Assembly (NCBI GenBank): GCA_965279405.1
Contig: OZ257157.1
Location: forward strand, 3,568,865-3,632,864
Source of the DNA: Ilumatobacteraceae bacterium
GTDB taxonomy: Bacteria > Actinomycetota > Acidimicrobiia > Acidimicrobiales > Ilumatobacteraceae
DNA length: 64,000 nt
Direction of reading: 5' to 3'
The notes under the pieces are model-generated. The model made no database searches and was not told the origin of the DNA. It worked only from the letters and a program-made list of their open reading frames with translations. The position numbers and the translations under genes are program-made. The stretch's first letter is position 1. The number at the start of each line of letters is the position of its first letter. Of the stretch, positions 30,365 to 39,827 are shown piece by piece.

Positions 30365-30732
30365 TCCATCACGCAGAATTCGTTGCCCTCGGGGTCGGCC
30401 AGCGTCGTCCATCGATCGAGCACCTGCAGGACCGTCGCGCCAAGCGCGGTCAGCCGAACGACTTCGGCATCGCGGTCGGCGGCGCCCACGTCGAGGTGCA
30501 TCCGGTTCTTCGAACGCTTCGTTTCATCGACCTGTTGGAAGCACACCGACGGTCCGGGCCCGTCGACCATCACGATCGGGTCGGTGTCCGGCGTGAGCCC
30601 GAGCGAGCCGAGGCGAGCGACCTCGGCGTCGTCGTACCCTCGCACCGCATAGCCGTCGAGCACCTCCGCCCAGAACCGTGCCAGTGACGGCGCGTGCTCG
30701 CAGTCGACCACGATCTCGACGATCTTGCCCAT
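30349..30732 (-). CDS. VOC/glyoxalase-like family protein (127 aa)
   Basis: This is the C-terminal part of ORF 30349..31383, starting at ATG 30732. MGKIVEIVVDCEHAPSLARFWAEVLDGY...RMHLDVGAAD...LADPEGNEFCV. Confidence 0.75.
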   Translation of the reverse strand: MGKIVEIVVDCEHAPSLARFWAEVLDGYAVRGYDDAEVARLGSLGLTPDTDPIVMVDGPGPSVCFQQVDETKRSKNRMHLDVGAADRDAEVVRLTALGATVLQVLDRWTTLADPEGNEFCVMDQPFG

Positions 30733-30749
30733 GCCCAGATCCTCGCGGA

Positions 30750-31652
30750 CTACGAGCGTGCAGGAACCAGGGATTCGATGGCGGTCACCGCGCTGCGCGC
30801 ATCTTCTGCCCACAGGTCGGCGTCGAGCACGGCGGCGGTCTGTGGGTTGAGGACCGCCTGGCCGCCGACGATCACCGGCACGGACGGCATCTCGGCGCGG
30901 ATGGCAGCGATCGTGAGTCGAGCCTCGTCGACGTGCTCGATGCTGGTGATCCCCAGCCCGACGGCCACCAACCGCGTCGCCGCTGATGCTGCGGCAGCGA
31001 ACGCCTCGGGCGGGGTGTCGGCGCCGAGCTCCAGCACATCGAAGCCGGCGAAGCGCAACACGTCGGCGACGATCGCGATCGGCAACACGTGTCGCTCGCC
31101 GCTCGGCGCTCCGAACACGACGCAGCCGCGGCTGCGGCCTGGGCGGCGGAACCGGGCCCCGAGCCGGCTGATCAACCGGTACGCAACTGCGGTGGCCAAC
31201 GGCTGCCGCGCCGCGTCGAGCGAACCCGCCGCTCGCTGCTGATCGATCAGCGCAACCGCCGCGCCGATCACGTCGATCGAGCAGAACGCCGCGTCGTGAC
31301 CGCTGGCCAAGGCGCGCTCGATCAGCGCCCATGCGGTGGCCTCGTCGCCGGCCAGCAGGGGAGTGACGAGTCGCGCCGCCCAATCCGTGCGATCACCGGC
31401 GTCGACCGGCACGTCATCGGCGAGGAAGGATGCGATGTCGCGCTCCAGCACTCGCCATGCCGTGCCGTCGCGCTCGGCGGGCAAACGGCCCTGGCGCACG
31501 TAGCGGTAGGCGGTCATGTAGTGGACCCCGAGCTTGGTCGCTGCCTGCTTCAGGTTCAGGCTCGCTTCCGGGTCGTCGGGGGGCACCCGGGGCACCGTAG
31601 CGGGAGCGTCCGGACGCGCGCGCGGACCATCGATTAGCACCCAATCGAGCAA
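30750..31652 (-). CDS. HTH (excisionase/MerR-superfamily type) plus cobalamin-binding domain transcription regulator
   Basis: N-terminal LNLKQAATKLGVHYMTAYRYVRQGRLPAERDGTAWRV. C-terminal Rossmann-like B12-binding domain GCVVFGAPSGERHVLPIAIVADVLRFAGFDVLELGADTP...VPVIVGGQAV, with His in the DxHxxG-equivalent position. Confidence 0.75.
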   Translation of the reverse strand: MLDWVLIDGPRARPDAPATVPRVPPDDPEASLNLKQAATKLGVHYMTAYRYVRQGRLPAERDGTAWRVLERDIASFLADDVPVDAGDRTDWAARLVTPLLAGDEATAWALIERALASGHDAAFCSIDVIGAAVALIDQQRAAGSLDAARQPLATAVAYRLISRLGARFRRPGRSRGCVVFGAPSGERHVLPIAIVADVLRFAGFDVLELGADTPPEAFAAAASAATRLVAVGLGITSIEHVDEARLTIAAIRAEMPSVPVIVGGQAVLNPQTAAVLDADLWAEDARSAVTAIESLVPARS

Positions 31653-31691
31653 GTTGCACCGAGGTACTTACCGTGCTGTAGTTCGTGCTCC

Positions 31692-31739
31692 CCACAACAT
31701 GCTGCGTGCCCGGTTGGGAGCGACCCCCACATCTTGGGG
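31692..31739. promoter_or_regulatory. Candidate tandem NrdR boxes upstream of nrdA
   Basis: Box 1 (31692-31707) CCACAACATGCTGCGT matches 11/16 of the remembered consensus acaCwAtATaTwGtgt. Box 2 (31724-31739) CCCCCACATCTTGGGG(T) is weaker, about 9/16. The centres are about 32 bp apart, as is typical for NrdR box pairs. Confidence 0.3.
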
Positions 31740-31769
31740 TCGACCGGTCACTCGATTGGAGCGACCGCG

Positions 31770-34196
31770 ATGACGTTGACGGAAGAGAACCCGCAGGCAA
31801 CACGTGACGAAACACGTGACGAGACCCCGTGGGGACTGGCCAGTCCGATGCGCGTCCGCAAGCGCAACGGCGGCCTCGAACCGGTCGATCTGACCAAGAT
31901 CGTGCGGGCCGTCGGCAGGGCCGCGAGGGGTCTCGACGGGGTCGATCCGATGCGCGTCGCCACTCGCACGATCAGCGGCCTCCACGACGGCGCGACGACC
32001 ATGGAGCTCGACGAGCTGAGCATCCGCACGTCGGCGGCGCTCGTCAGCCTCGAGCCGAACTACAGCCGCCTCGCCGCCCGTCTGCTGTCGGCCTTCGTCA
32101 ACAAGGAGGTGGCCAACCAGGACATCCACTCGTTCTCGCAATCGGTCGCCTCCGGTCACCGCAGCGGGATCATCGCCGACGCAACGGCCGAGCTCGTCGC
32201 CCGCAACGCGCGCAAGCTCAATGAAGCCATCGAGACCGAGCGCGACCAACTGTTCGAGTACTTCGGACTACGCACCGTCTACGACCGCTACCTCCTGCGC
32301 GACCCCGAGGGTCGCCTCGTCGTCGAGACGCCGCAGTACTTCTTCCTGCGCGTCGCGTGCGGACTGGCGACGAGCGCTGAAGAGGCGATCGAGCTCTACC
32401 GGCTGATCTCTTCGCTCGACTACATGCCGGCCACGCCGACGCTCTTCAACAGCGGCACGACCCACCCGCAGATGTCGAGCTGCTACCTGCTCGACTCGCC
32501 AGAGGACACGCTCGAAGCGGTCTACGACCGGTACAAGGACGTCGCCCGCCTCTCCAAGTTCGCCGGTGGCATCGGCCTCGCCTTCCACCGCATCCGCAGC
32601 CGTGGCTCGCTGATCCGCGGCACCAACGGGCTCTCCAACGGCATCGTGCCGTGGCTGAAGACGCTCGACTCGTCCGTCTCCGCCGTCAACCAGGGCGGCA
32701 AGCGCAAGGGCGCGGCGTGCGTCTACCTGGAGAGCTGGCACGCCGACATCGAGGAGTTCCTCGAGCTGCGCGACAACACCGGCGACGAGGCTCGACGCAC
32801 CCACAACCTCAACCTGGCCAACTGGGTACCCGACCTGTTCATGGAGCGCGTCGAGAAGGACTGGACGTGGTCGCTGTTCGACCCGAAGAAGGTGCCGCAC
32901 CTGACCGACCTGTTCGGTGAGGAGTTCGAGCGGGCCTACGTCGAGGCAGAGTCGCAGCACCTCTACGAGCGTCAGGTCCCCGCACGCCAGCTCTACTCGC
33001 GGATGATGCGCACCCTGGCGCAGACCGGCAACGGCTGGATGACGTTCAAGGACGCATCGAACAAGCGCTGCAACCAGACCGGCGTCGAGGGCACCGTGCA
33101 CCTCTCCAACCTGTGCACCGAGATCATCGAGGTGACCAGCGCGTCGGAGACGGCGGTGTGCAACCTCGGCTCCCTCAATCTCGGCAGGTTCGTCGACGAT
33201 GGCGCGTTCGACTTCGAGCGCCTCGGCGAGGTGGTCCGCACCGCGGTGCGGTACCTCGACCGCGTCATCGACATCAACTTCTACCCGACCGACGAAGCGG
33301 CGTCCTCGAACCGGCGTTGGCGTCCGGTCGGCCTCGGCGTGATGGGCCTGCAGGACGTGTTCTTCCGCATGCGCCTCCCGTTCGATTCGCCCGAGGCTCG
33401 CGACCTCTCGAAGCGCATCGCCGAGGAGATCTACTTCCACGCGCTGTGGACGTCCAGCGAGCTCGCCGAGGCGAGCGGCGCGCACGCCGCCTACCCGCTC
33501 ACCCGCGCCGCGGGAGGTGCGCTGCAGTTCGACCTCGCCGGCGTCGCACCGACCGACGCGCCTCGTTGGCAGCCGCTGCGCGACCGCGTTGCCCAGCACG
33601 GCTTGCGCAACTCGCTGCTGATCGCCATCGCACCGACCGCGACGATCGCCTCCATCTGCGGCGCCTACGAGTGCATCGAGCCGCAGGTGTCGAACCTGTT
33701 CAAGCGCGAGACGCTCTCCGGCGAGTTCATGCAGATCAACTCGTACCTCGTCCGCGACCTGCAAGCCCGCGACCTCTGGGACGACGACATGCGCGACGCG
33801 ATCAAGCGCGCCGAGGGCTCGGTGCAGGACATCGCCGCCGTGCCCGACGAGATGAAGGAGCTCTACCGAACGGCGTGGGAGATCCCGATGCGGTCGCTGA
33901 TCGACATGGCCGCCGACCGGGGCGCGTTCATCGATCAGAGCCAGTCGCTGAACCTCTTCGTCGAGTCGCCCTCGATCGGCAAGCTCTCCTCGATGTACCT
34001 CCACGCATGGAAGCAGGGTCTGAAGACCACGTACTACCTGCGCTCGCGACCGGCGACGCGCATCACGCAGACCAACTCCGCTCCCGCGCCGACGCCTGAG
34101 GCGACGGTCACCGACATCGTCAGCGCGACCGACGCAGACGCTGACGCCGTCGCCTGCTCGCTGGAGAACCCCGGCACGTGCGAGGTGTGCACCTGA
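31770..34196 (+). CDS. nrdA: Class I ribonucleoside-diphosphate reductase alpha subunit (with an N-terminal ATP-cone-like segment)
   Basis: ORF 31734..34196, with the start placed at ATG 31770, which has GGAG 8 nt upstream. VRKRNGGLEPVDLTKIVRAV, PATPTLFNSGT, SSCYLL, NLCTEI and a C-terminal CSLENPGTCEVC Cys pair. Confidence 0.9.
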   Translation: MTLTEENPQATRDETRDETPWGLASPMRVRKRNGGLEPVDLTKIVRAVGRAARGLDGVDPMRVATRTISGLHDGATTMELDELSIRTSAALVSLEPNYSRLAARLLSAFVNKEVANQDIHSFSQSVASGHRSGIIADATAELVARNARKLNEAIETERDQLFEYFGLRTVYDRYLLRDPEGRLVVETPQYFFLRVACGLATSAEEAIELYRLISSLDYMPATPTLFNSGTTHPQMSSCYLLDSPEDTLEAVYDRYKDVARLSKFAGGIGLAFHRIRSRGSLIRGTNGLSNGIVPWLKTLDSSVSAVNQGGKRKGAACVYLESWHADIEEFLELRDNTGDEARRTHNLNLANWVPDLFMERVEKDWTWSLFDPKKVPHLTDLFGEEFERAYVEAESQHLYERQVPARQLYSRMMRTLAQTGNGWMTFKDASNKRCNQTGVEGTVHLSNLCTEIIEVTSASETAVCNLGSLNLGRFVDDGAFDFERLGEVVRTAVRYLDRVIDINFYPTDEAASSNRRWRPVGLGVMGLQDVFFRMRLPFDSPEARDLSKRIAEEIYFHALWTSSELAEASGAHAAYPLTRAAGGALQFDLAGVAPTDAPRWQPLRDRVAQHGLRNSLLIAIAPTATIASICGAYECIEPQVSNLFKRETLSGEFMQINSYLVRDLQARDLWDDDMRDAIKRAEGSVQDIAAVPDEMKELYRTAWEIPMRSLIDMAADRGAFIDQSQSLNLFVESPSIGKLSSMYLHAWKQGLKTTYYLRSRPATRITQTNSAPAPTPEATVTDIVSATDADADAVACSLENPGTCEVCT

Positions 34197-35272
34197 TGTC
34201 CGCGCTCGCCAGCGACCTCCAACCGATCATCACTGCGCCGGCGACGCCGCCCGCCGCAGCTCCGACTCGTCGGGCCATCCTCGATCCGGGTCTCGACCTC
34301 ACCCTGCGACCGATGCGCTACCCGGAGTTCTACGACCGCTACCGCCAGGCGATCAAGAACACCTGGACCGTCGAGGAGATCGACTTCTCCGACGACCTCG
34401 TCGACCTGCGCAACACGCTGCTGCCGGCGGAGCGCCACCTCGTCAGTCGTCTCGTCGCGTTCTTCGCCACCGGCGACTCGATCGTCTCCAACAACCTGGT
34501 CCTCAACCTGTACCAGCACATCAATGCGCCAGAGGCCCGGCTCTTCCTCTCCCGCCAATTGTTCGAGGAGGCCGTCCACGTCCAGTTCTACCTGACCCTG
34601 CTGGACACCTACCTGCCCGACCCCGACGAGCGCGCCGCCGCGTTCGACGCGATCGAGAGCATTCCCTCGATCCGCGCCAAGGCGGAGTTCTGCTTCCGAT
34701 GGATGGACTCGATCAGCGGTCTGCGCGAGCTGCGCACCGCCGACGACCGGCGCACGTTCCTGCTCAACCTGATCTGCTTCGCCGCGTGCATCGAGGGCCT
34801 GTTCTTCTTCGGCGCGTTCGCCTACGTCTACTTCCTTCGCTCGAAGGGGCTCCTCAACGGGCTCGCCGCCGGAACCAACTGGGTGTTCCGCGACGAGAGC
34901 GGTCACATGGAGTTCGCCTTCGCCGTCATCGACACCGTGCGTCGCGAGGAGCCCGAGCTGTTCGACGACGAGCTGCGCGCCCAGGTCGTGGCGATGATGG
35001 AGGACGCCGTGCGCACCGAGATGCTGTTCGTCGAGGACATGCTCAGCGACGGCGTGCCCGGCCTGTCGCCGACCGACACGCGTGAGTACCTGCAGTACGT
35101 CGCCGACCAACGCCTGGTCCGGTTGGGCATGGGCAAGCGCTTCAACAGCCGCAACCCGTTCGGCTTCATGGAGCTGCAGGACGTGCAGGAGCTCTCCAAC
35201 TTCTTCGAGCGCACCGTCAGCGCCTATCAGGTCGGTATCACCGGCGAGGTCTCGTTCGACCACGAGTTCTGA
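34196..35272 (+). CDS. nrdB: Class I ribonucleoside-diphosphate reductase beta subunit
   Basis: ORF 34178..35272, with ATG 34196 overlapping the nrdA TGA. Metal-ligand motifs EEAVHVQFY, CIEGLFFF and RDESGHMEF. Confidence 0.9.
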   Translation: MSALASDLQPIITAPATPPAAAPTRRAILDPGLDLTLRPMRYPEFYDRYRQAIKNTWTVEEIDFSDDLVDLRNTLLPAERHLVSRLVAFFATGDSIVSNNLVLNLYQHINAPEARLFLSRQLFEEAVHVQFYLTLLDTYLPDPDERAAAFDAIESIPSIRAKAEFCFRWMDSISGLRELRTADDRRTFLLNLICFAACIEGLFFFGAFAYVYFLRSKGLLNGLAAGTNWVFRDESGHMEFAFAVIDTVRREEPELFDDELRAQVVAMMEDAVRTEMLFVEDMLSDGVPGLSPTDTREYLQYVADQRLVRLGMGKRFNSRNPFGFMELQDVQELSNFFERTVSAYQVGITGEVSFDHEF

Positions 35273-35297
35273 GACACGGACTTCTGAGCGGGAGCTT

Positions 35298-36017
35298 CTA
35301 CGCGAGCAGGTCGACGGCGGCGAGGGAGCCGACGACGACCGTGGACGGTGACTTGATGTCCATCGCTGGAACGGTGGCGAGCGTGCCGCGCACGACCTCT
35401 TGACGATCGGTCGTCGCCCAGCGGATGGCCGCGACCGGGGTGTCGGCCGCCAGACCGCCGCGCTGCAGTCGTTCGGCGATCTCGACCATTCGCGCGGCGG
35501 CCATCAGGATCACGATCGTCCCGCCCGTCGAGGCGATCGCATCCCAGTCGATGCTCGCCGGTGTGCCGTCGGTGCTCGGCGACTCGTGTCCGGTGACGAC
35601 CGTGAACGACAGCACCTCGCTGCGCATCGTCACCGGGATGCCCGCGGCCGCGGGCGCGGCGATCGCAGACGTCACCCCGGGCACGATCTCGAACGGCACC
35701 CCTGCCTCCGCGAGCGCGAGTGCCTCCTCGGCACCGCGTGCGAACACGAACGGATCGCCACCCTTCAGACGCACGACGTCCAGACCCGCCAGCCCACGCT
35801 CGACGAGCAGCGAGTTGATCTCGCCCTGCTCCATCGTCGCGTTGCCCGGTGCCTTGCCGACGTTGACCACCTCGGCGGTCGAGGGCACGAGCTCGAGCAG
35901 CGCGCTGCCGCTCAGCCGATCGTGCACGACCACGTCGCACGAGCGCAGCAGCTCGGCCCCGCGCACGGTGATCAGCTTCGGGTCGCCGGGCCCGGCGCCC
36001 ACCAGGTACACGGTCAC
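35298..36017 (-). CDS. cobA: Uroporphyrinogen-III C-methyltransferase (SUMT)
   Basis: This is the C-terminal 239 aa of ORF 35298..36317, starting at GTG 36017. VYLVGAGPGDPKLITVRG, VRLKGGDPFVFARG and VPGVTSAIAAPAAAGIP. Confidence 0.88.
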   Translation of the reverse strand: MTVYLVGAGPGDPKLITVRGAELLRSCDVVVHDRLSGSALLELVPSTAEVVNVGKAPGNATMEQGEINSLLVERGLAGLDVVRLKGGDPFVFARGAEEALALAEAGVPFEIVPGVTSAIAAPAAAGIPVTMRSEVLSFTVVTGHESPSTDGTPASIDWDAIASTGGTIVILMAAARMVEIAERLQRGGLAADTPVAAIRWATTDRQEVVRGTLATVPAMDIKSPSTVVVGSLAAVDLLA

Positions 36018-36154
36018 GTGGCGGAGGCTACCGATCGGAGCGGAGGCTTTCGTGCGCTCCCGGGTGGGCGTGAAATCCTCCACTCGAACGGCATGGAGGG
36101 TCTCGCGCACACCCGGGTGGACGTCGAACCCTCCACGGTCGTGCCAGTCGTACG

Positions 36155-36982
36155 ATGGTGATCGTGACGCGTGGTCGACGGTGGCCGTGGTTGCTCGGGG
36201 CCGGACTCGTGATCGTCGCGGTCGTGGCCGTCCTCGTCTACCGCCGATACCACGACGACGTCCGTCCGGTGACCATCGACCAGGCGATCGACGACTACGA
36301 CCAGTCCACGGCGGCACCCGCGACGGCGGCCACCGTGGCGAGCGAGGCGCCCGCTCCGTCGTCGACGTCGCTCGCCACGATCGAGCTGCCGACGCCCGGC
36401 GTCTACCGATACGCGGCCACCGGTCACGAGGGGGTCGACGCGCTAGGCGGCGTGCAGCACGACTACCCGGCAGAGACTGCTGTCGTCGTCACGCCCGAAG
36501 GTTGCGGTGTGCGCGTCTCGTGGACGCCGTTCGAGGAGCGCACCGAAGGATGGGACGTCTGCCTGCGCGACGGCGGCATCGCCATCGTCGGCTACACGTC
36601 GACCCACGAGTTCTTCGGCACGCCAGACGTCAAGCACCTGTCGTGCCCCGACGCGTGGCTGCTCGCGCCGGCAACCGAAGTCGATGCGACGTCGACGTGC
36701 AACGGAGACGGGCTGACCGAGCAGCGGACGACCACGGTCATCGGACCGACGACCGTGATGATCGACGGCGTCGAGGTCGACGCCATCGATCTGACCGTCG
36801 CCGTTGTCACGTCGGGGAGCACCAACGGATCGACGACGCGTCACCTGGTCCTTCACGCGCGAACGGGCATCCCGCTGCAGTGGACGGACACGGTCGGCAA
36901 CACCACGTCCACGGCGATCGGCGACGTGCACTACACCGAGACGTTCACCTTGACCGCGACGTCGTTGACGCCGGCGACGTGA
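36155..36982 (+). CDS. Hypothetical membrane-anchored or secreted protein
   Basis: N-terminal RRWPWLLGAGLVIVAVVAVLVY TM segment, then an Ala/Pro/Ser/Thr linker and a Thr-rich beta-looking domain. I recognise no motif. Third-position GC bias looks coding. Confidence 0.5.
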   Translation: MVIVTRGRRWPWLLGAGLVIVAVVAVLVYRRYHDDVRPVTIDQAIDDYDQSTAAPATAATVASEAPAPSSTSLATIELPTPGVYRYAATGHEGVDALGGVQHDYPAETAVVVTPEGCGVRVSWTPFEERTEGWDVCLRDGGIAIVGYTSTHEFFGTPDVKHLSCPDAWLLAPATEVDATSTCNGDGLTEQRTTTVIGPTTVMIDGVEVDAIDLTVAVVTSGSTNGSTTRHLVLHARTGIPLQWTDTVGNTTSTAIGDVHYTETFTLTATSLTPAT

Positions 36983-36983
36983 C

Positions 36984-37895
36984 TCAGGCGAGCACGCCGC
37001 GGCGGCGACGGATGGTGCGGTCGAGCTGCGTGAAGACCAGCCCGTCGATGAGGATGCCGATGATCAGGATGACGAGCATCATCGCCATCATCGAGGGGTA
37101 GTCGCTGAACTGCCGATCGAAGTCGAGCCGACTGCCGATCGATGGCTTGTTGGCCACGATCACCAGCAGCTCACCGGCCAGCAGGCTGCGCCAGGCGAAC
37201 GCCCAACCCTGCTTCAGGCCGCCGACGAACGAGGGCAGCGCAGCCGGTACGACGACGTGACGTAGCTGCGTCAACCGGTTGGTGCCGAGCACTCGTCCGG
37301 CGCGCAGCAGCAGCGGCGGGATGTGGTCGACGCCGTTGATCAAGCCGTTGGCGATCGACGGCGCGGCGCCGAGCACGATGACGAAGAAGATGGCGCCCTC
37401 GCTGAGCTTGAACAGCACCAGTGCCAGTGGGAACCACGCGACCGACGGCATCGTCTGCAGGCCCGTGATCAGCGAGCCGACGGCGCGACGAACGACGTTG
37501 AACGTGCACACGGCGAGACCGAGCACCGTGCCGATGATCAACGCGATCGAGAAGCCGGTGACGGCGCGACGCATCGTGGTGGCGATCGCCTCCCACGTGG
37601 CGCCTTCGAACAGCGAGTGCCAGAACACGTCGAGCACGGTGAACGGGGAGGGGAGGATGAACTCCTTGCGCCAACCGGTCCAGACGACGGCCTGCCAGGC
37701 GAAGATCGCCAGTGCGATCGCGGCGAGCTTGGGCCACACGACGGACCATGCGCGAGCGAGGAACGCGTGCTCCGGTTCGGGCTCCTCTTCCAACGCGTCG
37801 AGGCCGGCGATCTCGGTTGCCAGCTGGTGGTGGGCCTGCTCGAGGATCTCCTCGGCGTCCGCCTCCGCGAGCTCGTGATGGACGTCAGCGGGCAT
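36984..37895 (-). CDS. ABC transporter permease (nitrate/sulfonate/taurine NitT family)
   Basis: ORF 36984..38045, starting at M51 (37895). LFKLSEGAIFFVIVLGAAPSIANG and AWRSLLAGELL. It overlaps the ATPase stop by 11 nt. Confidence 0.85.
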   Translation of the reverse strand: MPADVHHELAEADAEEILEQAHHQLATEIAGLDALEEEPEPEHAFLARAWSVVWPKLAAIALAIFAWQAVVWTGWRKEFILPSPFTVLDVFWHSLFEGATWEAIATTMRRAVTGFSIALIIGTVLGLAVCTFNVVRRAVGSLITGLQTMPSVAWFPLALVLFKLSEGAIFFVIVLGAAPSIANGLINGVDHIPPLLLRAGRVLGTNRLTQLRHVVVPAALPSFVGGLKQGWAFAWRSLLAGELLVIVANKPSIGSRLDFDRQFSDYPSMMAMMLVILIIGILIDGLVFTQLDRTIRRRRGVLA

Positions 37896-38676
37896 GGAGG
37901 GCGACCTCCTGGCGCAAGCGGTTGGTGATCTCCGCGGCGAGTGAACCGACGCCCGCGTCCTCGATGCGACGAGGCCGTTCGAGCTCCACCGGGAAGGTCG
38001 CGGCGACGCGCCCCGGGCGGCTGGACAGCAGCACGACGTTGTCACCCAGGCGGGCGGCCTCGCGGACGTTGTGGGTGACGAACACGATCGTCGTGCCGGT
38101 CGCCTGCCAGATCCGCTCGAGCTCGTCGTGCAGGACGTCGCGGGTCATCGCGTCCAGCGCGCCGAACGGCTCGTCCATCAGCAGCACGTCGGCGTCCTGA
38201 GCGAGTGCCCGCGCCAACGCGACGCGTTGACGCATGCCGCCGGACAGCTCGTGCGGACGGCGACCGGCGAAGTCGCTGAGGTGCACGAGGCGCAGCAGTT
38301 CGTCGACCCGTGCGCTGCGCTCGTCGCGGCCGACGTGGCGCAGCTTCAGTGGCAGCGCGACGTTGTCGGCGACCGACAGCCACGGGAACAGCGCCGACTC
38401 CTGGAACATCAGGCCGGTGCGACCCTGCACCTCGACGGTGCCGGACGTGGGCGTGTCCAGGCCGGCGAGCAGGTTCAGCAGCGTGCTCTTGCCGCAACCC
38501 GACGCGCCGACGATGCACGTGAAGCTCCCGGCAGGCACATCGAGGCTGACTCGGTCGAGCGCAGCGACCTGCTTGCGCCCGCTGCGATACACCTTGGAAA
38601 CGCCGTCGAGGCGCACGGCCGGAGCCGTGCGCCTCGCTGTTGCGTCGATGATCTCTCGATCGTCTGTGACCGTCAC
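37885..38676 (-). CDS. ABC transporter ATP-binding protein (NitT family)
   Basis: This is the C-terminal 263 aa of ORF 37885..39252, starting at GTG 38676. Walker A GASGCGKSTL. Signature LSGGMRQR. Walker B VLLMDEPFGALD. The GTG overlaps the SBP stop as GTGA. Confidence 0.9.
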   Translation of the reverse strand: MTVTDDREIIDATARRTAPAVRLDGVSKVYRSGRKQVAALDRVSLDVPAGSFTCIVGASGCGKSTLLNLLAGLDTPTSGTVEVQGRTGLMFQESALFPWLSVADNVALPLKLRHVGRDERSARVDELLRLVHLSDFAGRRPHELSGGMRQRVALARALAQDADVLLMDEPFGALDAMTRDVLHDELERIWQATGTTIVFVTHNVREAARLGDNVVLLSSRPGRVAATFPVELERPRRIEDAGVGSLAAEITNRLRQEVALHAR

Positions 38677-39827
38677 GTGAGTCCCTTCACTTCTGGCAGC
38701 CCACGCTCGGTGAGCACTTCGTTGAGCAACGTCAAGTCGTAGATCCCGTTCAGGTCGACCTTGTCGAGCAATCCGACCGAGGTGGCCCGATCCGCCGACG
38801 TTATGAGCGAGCTGGCCACCGGATCCCACGTGAACGTGAGGTTCTCCCACGCCGCGCTGATCACCTCGTCCTTCAGACGCTTCTGGGTGATCGATTCGAT
38901 CTGGTCGTTGGCTGCGGTCTGCGCTTCGGTGGGGTTGGCGGCGATGAAGTCGATGGTGTCGATCTCGCCGGCGATGAGCTGCTTGACGACATCGGGGTGC
39001 TTGTCGAGGAAGCCCTTCGAGACGATGAGGTGCGTGGTGACGAACTTGCCGTCGGGCCACAGGTCGCGCTCGTCGACGAGCACCTTCGCGCCGCCCTCCT
39101 GGATCAAGCGGGTGGCCCACGGCTCGGGCAACCAGGCACCGTCGATCTCGCCCGCCTTGAACGCGTCGAGCGTGGCGCCGTTCTCCTGCGGCACGATCGA
39201 CACGTCGCCACCGCCGCTGGTGTCGGTCTCCAGACCGTTGTCCTTCAGCCACGAGCGCAGCGCCACGTCCTGCGTGCCGCCGAGCTGCGGTGAGGCGAGC
39301 TTCTTTCCCTTGAGGTCGGCTGGACCGTTGATCTCCGGCTTGACGACGAGGAAGGCGCCTCCCGAGGTGGAGCCGGAGACGATGCGCAGTGCGTCACCCT
39401 TCGACTTGACGTAGGCGTTGATCGCCGGGTTCGGCCCGATGAAGGTTGCGTCGATGGCATCGGCGAACAACGCCTCGATGGCTTCCGGGCCGGCGTTGAA
39501 CGTGGATGTCTTCAGCGTGACGTTGTCGGCGAGGGCATCCTCGAAGATGCCGTCCTGCACGCCGACGAGCGCCGGAGCGTGGGTGATGTTGGGGAAGTAG
39601 CCGAGGCGCAGTGTGACCGGATCGGTCGACACCGGGTCGGTGGCTACCGGCTGCGTGCCGGGAGGGTCGGTGCCGGGGGCAGTGGAGTCGCCGGGAGCGA
39701 CCGTGCCGGGAGCCTGGGTGCCGGGCGCCTGAGTGGCCGAGGTCGAGTCGCCGTCGCTTCCACACGCGCCGAGGACGAGCGAGGCGAGCAGTGTGGAGGC
39801 GGCGAACAGGTGGCGTCGGGAGAGCAT
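38673..39827 (-). CDS. ABC transporter substrate-binding lipoprotein (NMT1/THI5-like, sulfonate/nitrate/taurine family)
   Basis: ORF 38673..39899, starting at M25 (39827). The signal peptide has a lipobox, MLSRRHLFAASTLLASLVLGAC. LRLGYFPNITHAPAL. Confidence 0.85.
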   Translation of the reverse strand: MLSRRHLFAASTLLASLVLGACGSDGDSTSATQAPGTQAPGTVAPGDSTAPGTDPPGTQPVATDPVSTDPVTLRLGYFPNITHAPALVGVQDGIFEDALADNVTLKTSTFNAGPEAIEALFADAIDATFIGPNPAINAYVKSKGDALRIVSGSTSGGAFLVVKPEINGPADLKGKKLASPQLGGTQDVALRSWLKDNGLETDTSGGGDVSIVPQENGATLDAFKAGEIDGAWLPEPWATRLIQEGGAKVLVDERDLWPDGKFVTTHLIVSKGFLDKHPDVVKQLIAGEIDTIDFIAANPTEAQTAANDQIESITQKRLKDEVISAAWENLTFTWDPVASSLITSADRATSVGLLDKVDLNGIYDLTLLNEVLTERGLPEVKGLT

